Shown here: in pieces, positions 41,185 to 51,249 of the stretch | How positions within the stretch are numbered: the first letter of the stretch is position 1 | Layout of the letters: every line of letters starts with the position of its first letter | Assembly: GCA_963966455.1 (NCBI GenBank) | Contig: CAWZZK010000053.1 | Location: forward strand, 629 to 64,628 | DNA length: 64,000 bases | Source of the DNA: Kaistia sp. | GTDB lineage: Bacteria; Pseudomonadota; Alphaproteobacteria; Rhizobiales; Kaistiaceae | Reading direction: 5' to 3' | Notes under the pieces: model-generated | Seen by the model: the letters and a program-made list of their open reading frames with translations, nothing else | Database searches by the model: none | Told to the model about the DNA's origin: nothing | Translations under genes and position numbers: made by a program

Positions 41185-41937
41185 TCACGCCGGCGGCGCT
41201 GCTTCCCAGCCCTGCGCGCCGAGATGCTCCTGCGGCTGGTAGCGGGCCTTGTAGGCCATCTTGCGCGAGCCGGCGACCCAATAGCCGAGATAGACATAGG
41301 GCAGGCCCATCTTCCGGGCCCGCGCGATGTGGTCGAGGATCATGAAGCTGCCGAGCGACCGCTCGGCATAGCTCGGCTCATAGAACGAATAGACCATCGA
41401 AAGGCCGTCCGAGAGGATATCGGTCAGCGCCGTGCCGATCAGGGCTCCGTCGCCGCGGCCGGTGAGCGCGCTGTCCGGCCCGCGGAACCGGTATTCGACC
41501 AGCATGGTCTCGACATGGGTGTCCTCGACCATCATCGCATAGTCGAGCATCGTCATGTCGGCCATGCCGCCCTCGGAATGGCGGGCGTCGAGATAGTCGC
41601 GGAAGAGCGAATATTGCTCGGAGGTCGGCGCCGGCTCGACGCGGCTGCCGATCAGGTCGCGGTTGCGTTCGATCACGCGGCGAAAGCCGCGGCCCGGCAC
41701 GAAGCGATCGACCGGCACGCGAACCGAGACGCAGGCCTTGCAGCTCTCACAGGCCGGTCGATAGGCGATGTTCTGGCTGCGCCGGAAGCCGCCCTGGGTC
41801 AGGATCTCGTTCAGCGCCGAGGCACGGGCGCCGACGAGATGAGTGAAGACCTTCCGCTCCATCTGGCCGGGCAGATAGGGGCAGGGCGTGGGCGCCGTCA
41901 GGAAAAACTGGGGCGTGTCTGTCTGGTGATGCGTCAT
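41185..41937 (-). CDS. bpt: arginyltransferase / aspartate-glutamate leucyltransferase (N-end rule)
   Basis: 250-aa ORF with [45 protein letters not shown] and [12 protein letters not shown], which are Bpt/Ate hallmarks. Confidence 0.92.
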   Translation of the reverse strand: MTHHQTDTPQFFLTAPTPCPYLPGQMERKVFTHLVGARASALNEILTQGGFRRSQNIAYRPACESCKACVSVRVPVDRFVPGRGFRRVIERNRDLIGSRVEPAPTSEQYSLFRDYLDARHSEGGMADMTMLDYAMMVEDTHVETMLVEYRFRGPDSALTGRGDGALIGTALTDILSDGLSMVYSFYEPSYAERSLGSFMILDHIARARKMGLPYVYLGYWVAGSRKMAYKARYQPQEHLGAQGWEAAPPA

Positions 41938-42016
41938 CAGCCGCCATGCCGGGCAAAGGGCCCATCGCGCCGACGATAATACGCCGGCACGATCTCCCGG
42001 AAGAGCAAATCGAAGC

Positions 42017-42517
42017 TCAGCGGCCGGTCGGCTCGAGCGGCGCGCGGTTCATGACCACGGCGCCGATCAGCATGTCGTGCAGCAGCCGCTTCTTGTTGGA
42101 GAAGAGGGCGATCAGCAGGATGAACGGGGTCAGAAGCGAGATCGACGCCCAATAGAGGATGACATGGATACCGGCGAGGATCGGTCCGATCCGGCTGCCG
42201 TCGCTGGCGCGGATCGTGAGTCCCATGAGGCGCATGCCAGGTGTCGCCGCCTTCGGCCCCCCGAGCGTCAGCGCCACGTAAAGCACGCCAACGATGGCGA
42301 AGATGGGAAGTGCGAACAGGAACCAGCCGACGCCGAAGGTGACCAGGCCGAGCGTGACGACGACGAGAGCGGCAATGACGTCGAAGAGGCCGATCAGCAC
42401 CACGTCGACGATGAAGGCGAGCATCCGCCGCCCGAGCACGCCCGCATAGAGTTCGGGTTCCCGCGCCGGATCATAGAGTTCGCCGGCCACATAGAAGCCC
42501 GGCTCAGAGATCGCCAT
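42017..42517 (-). CDS. RDD family membrane protein
   Basis: I chose ATG 42517 inside ORF 42017..42607. It has [17 protein letters not shown], three hydrophobic segments and a C-terminal [14 protein letters not shown]. Confidence 0.8.
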   Translation of the reverse strand: MAISEPGFYVAGELYDPAREPELYAGVLGRRMLAFIVDVVLIGLFDVIAALVVVTLGLVTFGVGWFLFALPIFAIVGVLYVALTLGGPKAATPGMRLMGLTIRASDGSRIGPILAGIHVILYWASISLLTPFILLIALFSNKKRLLHDMLIGAVVMNRAPLEPTGR

Positions 42518-42690
42518 CGTCCAACACTCCCGTCCACCACCGCAGCTTGCGCCGCATCGTCGCCCGATGCTAGATCGCCCGATGGTCCGAGACCATCCGA
42601 CATCCAACCTCGCGGCCGCTCACCACAAACGCCGAAATGCGCCCGGCCCGCCGCCGGGCGGCTTCGGCAAGCCACGAATGAAGCCCTGGT

Positions 42691-43650
42691 ATGGTCTCCG
42701 CCACCACCGCAGCTCCACCGCGCCTCTCAATCGTTGCGCCCGCCTATAACGAGGAAGGCTGCCTCGAGGCCTTCCATCATCGCGCCTCGGAAGCCGCCCG
42801 CGCCGTTGCCGGCGAGAGCTTCGAAATCATCATCATCGACGACGGTTCCCGCGACCGCACCTTCGCGATCGCGCGCGACCTCGCCGACCGCGACCCCCAT
42901 GTGGTGGCGGTGAAGCTGTCGCGCAACTTCGGTCATCAACTGGCGCTTTGCGCCGGCCTCACGATCTGCCGCGGCGACTATATCCTCGTCATCGACGCCG
43001 ACCTTCAGGATCCGCCGGAACTCGCCGCCGAGATGTTCCGCGTCATGGAGGCCGAGCGCGCCGACGTCGTCTATGGCCAACGCCGCACCCGCGCAGGCGA
43101 GACGGCCTTCAAGCTCGGTAGCGCCAAGCTCTTCTACCGCGTGCTGCGGCGCCTCGCCGATGTCGACATCCCGGCCGACACCGGCGATTTCCGCCTGATG
43201 ACGCGCCGCGTCTGCGATATCCTCAACGCCATGCCCGAGCGCTACCGCTTCACGCGCGGCCTCGTCTCCTGGGTCGGCTTCCGCCAGGTGCCCGTCACCT
43301 ATGACCGTGCAGCTCGCCATGCCGGGACGACCGGCTATCCGCTCAGGAAGATGGTCCGCTTCGCCGTCGACGCGGTGACGAGCTTCTCGATCCTGCCGCT
43401 CCGGGTCGCCAGCTTCACGGGCATCGCGACGGCGCTTGTCTCGTTCCTCGCCATCCTTTGGTCGCTCGTCGCCTGGCTGCTCGGCCACACCGTCGCCGGC
43501 TGGGCGAGCCTCCTCTCGGCGATATTCCTTGTCGGCGGCATCCAACTCTTCGTGCTCGGCATCATCGGCGAATATCTCGGCCGCCTCTATCTCGAGACCA
43601 AGCAGCGACCGCTCTTCATCATCGATGAGGTCCGGCGCAAGCCGGTGTGA
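42691..43650 (+). CDS. family 2 glycosyltransferase, polyprenyl-phosphate sugar synthase type (GtrB/ArnC/DPM1-like)
   Basis: 319-aa ORF with LSIVAPAYNEE, IIIIDDGSRD and VIDADLQDPPE (DXD). Two C-terminal TM helices fit the GtrB/ArnC architecture. Confidence 0.9.
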   Translation: MVSATTAAPPRLSIVAPAYNEEGCLEAFHHRASEAARAVAGESFEIIIIDDGSRDRTFAIARDLADRDPHVVAVKLSRNFGHQLALCAGLTICRGDYILVIDADLQDPPELAAEMFRVMEAERADVVYGQRRTRAGETAFKLGSAKLFYRVLRRLADVDIPADTGDFRLMTRRVCDILNAMPERYRFTRGLVSWVGFRQVPVTYDRAARHAGTTGYPLRKMVRFAVDAVTSFSILPLRVASFTGIATALVSFLAILWSLVAWLLGHTVAGWASLLSAIFLVGGIQLFVLGIIGEYLGRLYLETKQRPLFIIDEVRRKPV

Positions 43651-43675
43651 ATCCAACCGAACGGAAACGTCCCTC

Positions 43676-45349
43676 ATGACGACGAGTACGACCGAGGCCG
43701 CCGGACCCGACCGCTCTGGCCGCGGTGCCGTGATCAGGTCGCTTCCATTCGTTGCGATCTATCTCGTGACGCTCGTCGTCAATCTCGGCTTCAGTCTACG
43801 CGAAGGGCGCCTCGCTAGCGTGCCGACCTTCGACGATGTCGGCTATCTCGCGGATGCCCTCAACCGGGTCGTCTTTGCGGAGGGGCATGGACTGTGGTCG
43901 CCCTTCGCCTCGTTCTGGTGGGATGCGCCGCATGCTCCGATCAGCACGCTGACGGCCATGCTGGGCTTCTGGGCGTTCGGACCTAACCCCGCATCGGCCT
44001 ATATTGCCAATGGCTGGGTGCTGGCACTCTACATCTTCGTTCTCGCACGGATCAGTCGGCCGCTGCGCTCGTTACTGGCGCGGGGTCTCTTCGTAGCGGT
44101 TCTGGCCTATGTGCCGGCTGCGCATGCGATGGTGACGGAATTCCGACCCGACATGGCCGGCGGCCTACTGTTCGCCCTTGCGGTCTACGCGATGGTGACG
44201 ACCGACTTTCGTTCCGCAACATGGCGCGACCGACTTGTGCTCGTCGTCGTCGCCGCTTGCGCAACGATCATGAAGCCGAGCGCTATCGTGCTGACGATTC
44301 CGGCACTCGGGGTCGCCTTTGCCGCGGCCCTGGTGGCGCAAGGGCTGTTCACCCGTCCGGAGAAGGGCCGCCTGATCCGTGGTGGGCTAGTCTGCGTGCT
44401 GCTCTATGCCCTCGCACTCGTCCCGTTCTTCATCGTCTTCGGCGGTCAGACGATCAGCTATATCAGCGACGTCCTATTCAAGGACGCCGATATCTGGACA
44501 ACCCCCGGTGATCGCTGGTTCCACTGGACGTATCATTGGTCGGGACCAGGCGCTAAGGAGGCAATCGGCGATTTCCGCAGGCCGCTGATTGCGTTCCTGA
44601 TTGTCGATATCATCCTCTACATCCGCTATCCCGTCTATCGACGCCCCGGCGTCATCCCCTTCTATGTCACTATGGCGGTCGTCTTCTGCGCCATGGCGAT
44701 CTCGCGAGAGAAGACGACTTTCCAAGGCAGCTATTTTTATCTTCCCCTCGTGCTAGCCGGCGCCGCCGCATTTGTGCGCATCGCCGCCGCCGCGCGGTCT
44801 CGCTGGGACGTCGTGGCACCGTTCTTCACTACATCGGCTCTTAGCGTCTGCCTGGGGCTTGCGGTGCTTTTCCTGCCGCTCGGCGGGGCATACTTTCCGC
44901 GTGCCAAGGATGGGCCCGAGGCCATCAGTTTGATGCCGCGGATGACTGACGCCATCTTTGCGCTGAACAAGAACGAATGGTTCGACAGCCAGAGCTGTCG
45001 CGACCATCTCATGCGCATTGTCGTCACAAACTATGATCCGCTGACAGCCGAGGCGATCCAAATGGCGCTCGCCGAGGGGGGCGTCCAGGTCCGTCCGGAG
45101 TATGTCTTCTTCACTCGGAGCCTCCAAGAGGCGCTCGAGGTGATCGACCGCGTCGATCTCGTGGTCATGGTCGATCCGGGCGCGGTGCAGACGCAGCCTT
45201 GGCTGCCAGTGACGAAACTGGTGCCAGACATCTTCAAGTATCTCAGCAATCAGCCCGGCGTCCGGCGGATCGAGGTCGGGACGTACCGGCAGAAGCCATA
45301 CTGGCTGTTCGTCAAGCCGCACTGCGAGCCGTTCGTCCCGCCGGCTTGA
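43676..45349 (+). CDS. GT-C-fold membrane glycosyltransferase-like protein (ArnT/PMT-like) with a C-terminal soluble domain
   Basis: I chose ATG 43676 inside ORF 43436..45349. It has about 10 or more hydrophobic segments. The first loop carries PTFDDVGYLADA, a DD..Y motif of the GT-C type. The last ~140 aa are non-hydrophobic. It starts 25 nt after the GT2 gene. Confidence 0.72.
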   Translation: MTTSTTEAAGPDRSGRGAVIRSLPFVAIYLVTLVVNLGFSLREGRLASVPTFDDVGYLADALNRVVFAEGHGLWSPFASFWWDAPHAPISTLTAMLGFWAFGPNPASAYIANGWVLALYIFVLARISRPLRSLLARGLFVAVLAYVPAAHAMVTEFRPDMAGGLLFALAVYAMVTTDFRSATWRDRLVLVVVAACATIMKPSAIVLTIPALGVAFAAALVAQGLFTRPEKGRLIRGGLVCVLLYALALVPFFIVFGGQTISYISDVLFKDADIWTTPGDRWFHWTYHWSGPGAKEAIGDFRRPLIAFLIVDIILYIRYPVYRRPGVIPFYVTMAVVFCAMAISREKTTFQGSYFYLPLVLAGAAAFVRIAAAARSRWDVVAPFFTTSALSVCLGLAVLFLPLGGAYFPRAKDGPEAISLMPRMTDAIFALNKNEWFDSQSCRDHLMRIVVTNYDPLTAEAIQMALAEGGVQVRPEYVFFTRSLQEALEVIDRVDLVVMVDPGAVQTQPWLPVTKLVPDIFKYLSNQPGVRRIEVGTYRQKPYWLFVKPHCEPFVPPA

Positions 45350-45355
45350 GGTGCC

Positions 45356-46600
45356 TTACGGCGCGGCGAGGCGGTCGACCTTGTAGTTTCGGCCTTCGAG
45401 GGCGCGCTCGATCTCGTCGGTATGGGCTGGGCCGTGCGTCTCGATGGTGACGTCGACGATCGCGCCCTTGGCCGGCACCGAGAGCAGCGTGCGGTTGTGG
45501 TGCACCTCGAGAATATTGCCGCCGCAGGCGCCGATGGTCGCCGCGATATCGCCGAGGACGCCGGGGCGGTCGGGGATCGTGAGGCGCACCGCGACGATCT
45601 TGCCGGCCCGCGCCAGCTCTCGCACCATGATCGAGGCGGCGAGGCGCGGATCGATATTGCCGCCGCAGAGCACGAGGCCGATGCGCTTGCCGGCGAAGCG
45701 CCCGGGATAGGCGAGAAGGGCCGCCAGACCGGCCGCGCCGGCGCCCTCGGCCATGGTCTTCTGCAGCGTCAGATAGGCGTTCACGGCGCGCTCGATGGCG
45801 CTTTCCGGGACGAGCAGCACGTCGTCGACATAGGCGCGGGCGATGGCGAGCGTCAGGCGTCCGACATTCTTGACCGCGATGCCCTCGGCGAGCGAGTTGC
45901 CGCCGCAGTCCTGCGCCGTACCGTCCAGCGCCGCGCGCATCGAGGGGTAGAGCTCGGTTTCGACGCCGATCACCTCGAGGCGCGGCGACAGCGCCTTGGC
46001 GGCGATCGCCATCCCGCCGATGAGGCCGCCGCCGCCGACCGGTACGACCAGGCAATCGAGCGGGATGCCACTCTCGATCATTTCCAGTGCCACCGTCCCC
46101 TGGCCGGCAACGACATGCCGGTCGTCATAGGGATGGACCCAGACAGCGCCCGTCGTCTCCGCGATCCGCGCCGCGAGGGCCTGCGATTCCGCGAGCGTCT
46201 CGCCCTCGACGACGACGCGGGCGCCGAAGGCGCGGGTCGCCTCGATCTTCACGAAGGGCGTGGTGGCGGGCATCACGATCGTCGCCGGGATGCCGAGCCG
46301 CGACGCGTGATAGGCGACCGCCTGCGCGTGGTTGCCGGCCGACATGGCGACGACGCCGGCCTGCCGCTCTTCGGCGCTCAGCGAGAGCAGCTTCACCAGC
46401 GCGCCGCGCTCCTTGAAGGCGGAGGTGACCTGCAGGTTCTCGTATTTGACGAAGACCTCGGTCCCGGTCAGCTGGCCGAGCCGCGGCGCCGGCAGGAAGG
46501 GCGTCCGGAGCACGCTGCCTTCGATGGCGCGTGCGGCGTCGCGGATATCGTCAATGGTGGGAATGGCGACGGCGTCGGCCGCCTCGCTTGGCGCATGCAT
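45356..46600 (-). CDS. ilvA: threonine ammonia-lyase (single ACT-like regulatory domain)
   Basis: I chose ATG 46600. It has the PLP motif ENLQVTSAFKERGA and GGGGLIGG, plus a C-terminal ACT-like domain. Confidence 0.92.
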   Translation of the reverse strand: MHAPSEAADAVAIPTIDDIRDAARAIEGSVLRTPFLPAPRLGQLTGTEVFVKYENLQVTSAFKERGALVKLLSLSAEERQAGVVAMSAGNHAQAVAYHASRLGIPATIVMPATTPFVKIEATRAFGARVVVEGETLAESQALAARIAETTGAVWVHPYDDRHVVAGQGTVALEMIESGIPLDCLVVPVGGGGLIGGMAIAAKALSPRLEVIGVETELYPSMRAALDGTAQDCGGNSLAEGIAVKNVGRLTLAIARAYVDDVLLVPESAIERAVNAYLTLQKTMAEGAGAAGLAALLAYPGRFAGKRIGLVLCGGNIDPRLAASIMVRELARAGKIVAVRLTIPDRPGVLGDIAATIGACGGNILEVHHNRTLLSVPAKGAIVDVTIETHGPAHTDEIERALEGRNYKVDRLAAP

Positions 46601-46619
46601 GACCGCCCTCCGGCAGCCG

Positions 46620-47981
46620 TCACGATAGACGGATCGGCCGCCCTTCCTCAAGCGCCGCGCGGCGGCCGAACAGCCCGTCGGGCCGCAGCAGGAAGAGCAG
46701 CGTGATGATGGCGAGCACGGCGATGTCGCGCTCGCCGAGGCCGAACACCGCCGACCAGCCGGTCTCGATCGCCGCGAGCATCAAGGCGCCGATCAGCGCG
46801 CCGCGCGGCGTGCCGCCGCCGATCAGACAGGCGATCAGCGCCTTGAGGCCGAGCATCAGGCCGGCCGAGAAGGACGTGCCGCCATAGCCGAGCGCCAGAA
46901 TCGAACCGGACAGCGAGGCGAGGGCGGAGGCGAGGATGAAGGTGACGCCCGTCACCGCCGCCGGATCGATGCCGAAGAGACGCGCCGCGAGCGCGTCGTC
47001 CGCCACCGCCCGCCAGGCCCGGCCGAAGGCCGAGCGCGCGAGGATCGCGAACAGCCAGACGACCGCGAGGGCGGAGAGCGCGAGGATGACGAGCCGCATC
47101 ACCGTCACGACCACGGGGAACGGGCCGCCGGCGATGAGCACCTGGTCGCCGAGCATCGGCTGCAGCCAGATCTCGCGCGAGCCCTGCGCGATGCGGACCG
47201 CCTCCGAGACCGAGATGCCGAGCCCGACGGTCGCGACGATGAAGGCGCGAGGCGGGCGCGCGAGAAGCGGCATGACGAGCGTGCGCGCCGTCAGATAGCC
47301 GAACAGCGCGGTGAGCGAGACGGAGGCCGCGAGTGCGACCAGCATCACCGTGACGAGCGAGGGCACATGCGCCGTCGCTGCCGTCACGAGCCCGAAGACG
47401 GCGCCGAAGCCGCCGATCATCGCGAAGTCGCCGAAGGCCATGTTGAGGCGTCCGACAAGCCCGTAGATGAGCGCATAGGCGAGCGCCAGCGGCACATAGA
47501 AGGCGGCGACATTGAGGGCGTTGACCAACTGCTGCAGCGCATATCCGGCCGTCGCGGGCAGGGCGACGGGGAGCAGCGCATAGCGCGGCGGCGCCCATCC
47601 CGCCTCGGCCACCGCCGCCTGGACGGCGCCCGGCTGTTCGAGGAACCAGCGTTTCAATAGGCCGAGCCGCCATTCCGGCATCCGCCCCGAGAAGCCACGA
47701 ACGGCGAGGATGTCTGTTCGACCGGCGCTGAGCGACCCGCCGGCGAAGACGCAGTCCGCGAAGAGGGTGCGCGGGTCGCCGGCGGCCGTGAAGATGACGC
47801 GCACCGCATTGGCCGCGCCGGTCAGCGGCTCGACCGAGCGGATCGTGACGATACGGCCATCGGGGCCGATCGCGGTGGCGACGGCGACGCAGACGATCGA
47901 TTGCTGGCGGTCGACATCGCTGCAGGCGGCGAGAACCAGCGCGGCGAGGATGGCGAGCGCTGCGAGGACGATCCGCCGCAT
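46620..47981 (-). CDS. branched-chain-amino-acid-type ABC permease (LivH/LivM family) with an N-terminal lipoprotein-signal extension
   Basis: 453-aa ORF. MRRIVLAALAILAALVLAAC is lipobox-like. About 130 non-hydrophobic residues follow, then a polytopic core LALAYALIYGLVGRLNMAFGDFAMIGGF. There is no adjacent ATPase or binding protein. Confidence 0.8.
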   Translation of the reverse strand: MRRIVLAALAILAALVLAACSDVDRQQSIVCVAVATAIGPDGRIVTIRSVEPLTGAANAVRVIFTAAGDPRTLFADCVFAGGSLSAGRTDILAVRGFSGRMPEWRLGLLKRWFLEQPGAVQAAVAEAGWAPPRYALLPVALPATAGYALQQLVNALNVAAFYVPLALAYALIYGLVGRLNMAFGDFAMIGGFGAVFGLVTAATAHVPSLVTVMLVALAASVSLTALFGYLTARTLVMPLLARPPRAFIVATVGLGISVSEAVRIAQGSREIWLQPMLGDQVLIAGGPFPVVVTVMRLVILALSALAVVWLFAILARSAFGRAWRAVADDALAARLFGIDPAAVTGVTFILASALASLSGSILALGYGGTSFSAGLMLGLKALIACLIGGGTPRGALIGALMLAAIETGWSAVFGLGERDIAVLAIITLLFLLRPDGLFGRRAALEEGRPIRLS

Positions 47982-48000
47982 TCGCGCCGCCGTCGTCCCG

Positions 48001-49047
<1,047 letters not shown>

Positions 49048-49069
49048 TCATGGCCGCGGCGATGCCGGC

Positions 49070-50374
49070 TCACGCGGCCGGCTTCGCCTCGATCCTGTAG
49101 ACCAGCACCTTGTCGATCCGCCTGCCGTCGAGATCGACGACCTCGAAGCACCAGCCGTCATGGGCAAAATGCTCGCCGGGCGCCGGGATATGCCCGAAAT
49201 TGTGCAGCATGAAGCCGGCCACGGTCGCGTAGTCCTCGTCGTTCTCAAGCGTCTTCAGCCCCAGCACGCGCTCGACGACGTCGATCGTGGCGCTGCCGTC
49301 GATGAGCCAGGAGCCGTCCTCGCGCTGAACCGCGTCCGGCTCGTCGTCGCCCGCCCGCTCGGGCAGGTCGCCGGCAATGGCGGTCAGGATGTCCATCGGC
49401 GTCACGACGCCCTGGAACGTGCCGTATTCGTCGAGCACGATCGCCATATGCACGTTCGAGGTGCGGAAGCGGTCGAGCATGTTGAGGATCGGCATGCGCT
49501 CGTCGACATAGAGCGGCTCGCGCACGACCGCCGCGAGGTCGATCGGTTCGCCTTTGCGCAGTTGCTCCAGCAGGTCCTTGGCATGGACGATGCCGAGCAC
49601 CGCGTCGATATCGCCGCGGCTGACCGGGAAGCGCGAATGGCCGCCTTCGAGGATCTCGCGCGCGACATTTTCCGGCGTGTCGTCGGCGTCGAGCCAGAGC
49701 ACGTCGGGGCGCGGCACCATGATCGAGCGCACGGAGCGGTCGGCTACGCGGATGACGCCCTCGATCATCTCGCGCTCGGCCTTGTGGAAGACGCCGCTCT
49801 CGGTGCCTTCCGCGATCATCGTCTTGACCTCTTCCTCGGTGACGCCGCGTTCGTCGTTCTCGTGCTTGCCGAGCAGGCGCAGCACGGCATTCGTCGAGAT
49901 GCGCAGGAAGAAGACGATCGGATGGGCAAGGCGGGCGAGGAAGCTCACCGGCCGCGACACGATGCAGGCGATGCGCTCGGGATTGGTCAGGCTGAGCCGC
50001 TTCGGCACCAGCTCGCCGCAGATGAGCGAGAAATAGGCGAGGCCGACCACGACCGTCACGGTCGCGATCGTATCGGCACGGCTGCCGAGCGCCGGGAAGG
50101 TCTCGGTGAGAAAGGCGCGGAGCGGCGTCGCGAGCTCGGCCTCGCCGAAGGCGCCGGAGAGGATGGCGACCAGCGTGATGCCGATCTGCACGGCGGAGAG
50201 GAAGCCGGTCGGATCTTCGGAGAGGCGCAGCGCGGCGCTGGCGCCGGGCACGCCCTCGGCCGCCATCGACTGCAGCCGCGCGGGGCGCGACGAGACGACG
50301 GCGATCTCGGACATGGCGAAGAAGGCATTGAACGCGATCAGGACCGCGATGATGGCGATATCGCCCCAGGGCAT
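49070..50374 (-). CDS. hemolysin/CorC family protein (DUF21 membrane domain, CBS pair, CorC_HlyC domain)
   Basis: I chose ATG 50374 inside ORF 49070..50587. It has FFAMSEIAVVSSRPARL and RSIMVPRPDV, and a C-terminal transporter-associated domain. Confidence 0.9.
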   Translation of the reverse strand: MPWGDIAIIAVLIAFNAFFAMSEIAVVSSRPARLQSMAAEGVPGASAALRLSEDPTGFLSAVQIGITLVAILSGAFGEAELATPLRAFLTETFPALGSRADTIATVTVVVGLAYFSLICGELVPKRLSLTNPERIACIVSRPVSFLARLAHPIVFFLRISTNAVLRLLGKHENDERGVTEEEVKTMIAEGTESGVFHKAEREMIEGVIRVADRSVRSIMVPRPDVLWLDADDTPENVAREILEGGHSRFPVSRGDIDAVLGIVHAKDLLEQLRKGEPIDLAAVVREPLYVDERMPILNMLDRFRTSNVHMAIVLDEYGTFQGVVTPMDILTAIAGDLPERAGDDEPDAVQREDGSWLIDGSATIDVVERVLGLKTLENDEDYATVAGFMLHNFGHIPAPGEHFAHDGWCFEVVDLDGRRIDKVLVYRIEAKPAA

Positions 50375-50648
50375 GGCTGTCTCGTCGCTCAGCGCCCGTT
50401 GATCATGGCGCGGGACGCGCCGTCGGCTGCGCAGGGCGCAACGGGCAGGGCGGCTCCCGAAGGGGCCGGACGGATTCTGGCAATCGCCGAAAGCGTGGAC
50501 ATGGATGGAATGATACCGGAGCGCCGCGACAATCGCCAGTGCGCTGCAGCGTCGGATGCATGACTTTGACGGCGGTGCCGCCGTCAACTATCGGGAAAGG
50601 GCAGGGCGAGCGACGGGCAAGCCGAGAACGAGCAAGCAAGGATCGCGC

Positions 50649-51083
50649 ATGATCGACCATGAGGTGACCCAGCTTCCGAGCGAGCCCGACAATCCCTGGG
50701 CGCTGGCGCTCACCATCTATCTGCGCGGGATCGCCGCCCTCCTGCTTCTCCTCGGCCTGCGCCAGTGGCTCTATATCGCCGGCATCTTCGACGAGGCCGG
50801 CTGGTCGTTCGAGACCATGACGACCGCCTGGCGCTTCGTCACCGTGCATCTCGCCGTGGTCGATCTCGTCGCCGCGGTCGGCCTCTGGATGCGGGTCGCC
50901 TGGGGCAATGTCGTCTGGGTCTATGCGGCCGTGTTCGAGATCGCGATCCACACCGCCTTCGCGGACATTTTCGGCGCGGAGCCGCTGATCGTCGGCTTCC
51001 ATGTCGTGGCGCTCGCCGTCTTTGTCGGCCTCGTCTTCATGGACCGCCGGCATGCGGCTCGGGCCGAGCGAACCGGCGCGTGA
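50649..51083 (+). CDS. small integral membrane protein, unknown function
   Basis: I chose ATG 50649 inside ORF 50556..51083. The 144-aa product has about 4 hydrophobic segments. Codon usage is consistent with the genome. Confidence 0.65.
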   Translation: MIDHEVTQLPSEPDNPWALALTIYLRGIAALLLLLGLRQWLYIAGIFDEAGWSFETMTTAWRFVTVHLAVVDLVAAVGLWMRVAWGNVVWVYAAVFEIAIHTAFADIFGAEPLIVGFHVVALAVFVGLVFMDRRHAARAERTGA

Positions 51084-51142
51084 GCGACCGCGGGACACCA
51101 GTCTTTAACGCTAAAACTCGACTCGAATGCCGAAATCCGAGG

Positions 51143-51193
51143 TAAGTGGCCGTTAAGTGTGATGTTTAAGCTGATCTTCAAATCAGCCACTTA
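51143..51193. promoter_or_regulatory. AT-rich inverted repeat upstream of the MarR gene (candidate operator/promoter region)
   Basis: TAAGTGGC (51143-51150) and GCCACTTA (51186-51193) are inverted 8-mers. TTAAG occurs at 51153, 51166 and 51191. The segment is locally AT-rich in a GC-rich genome. Confidence 0.35.
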
Positions 51194-51249
51194 AGGTCCC
51201 TTCTCATGAGGCGGGAAGAATACTCGCCGTGAAACAGAGAGGCCTCGAG

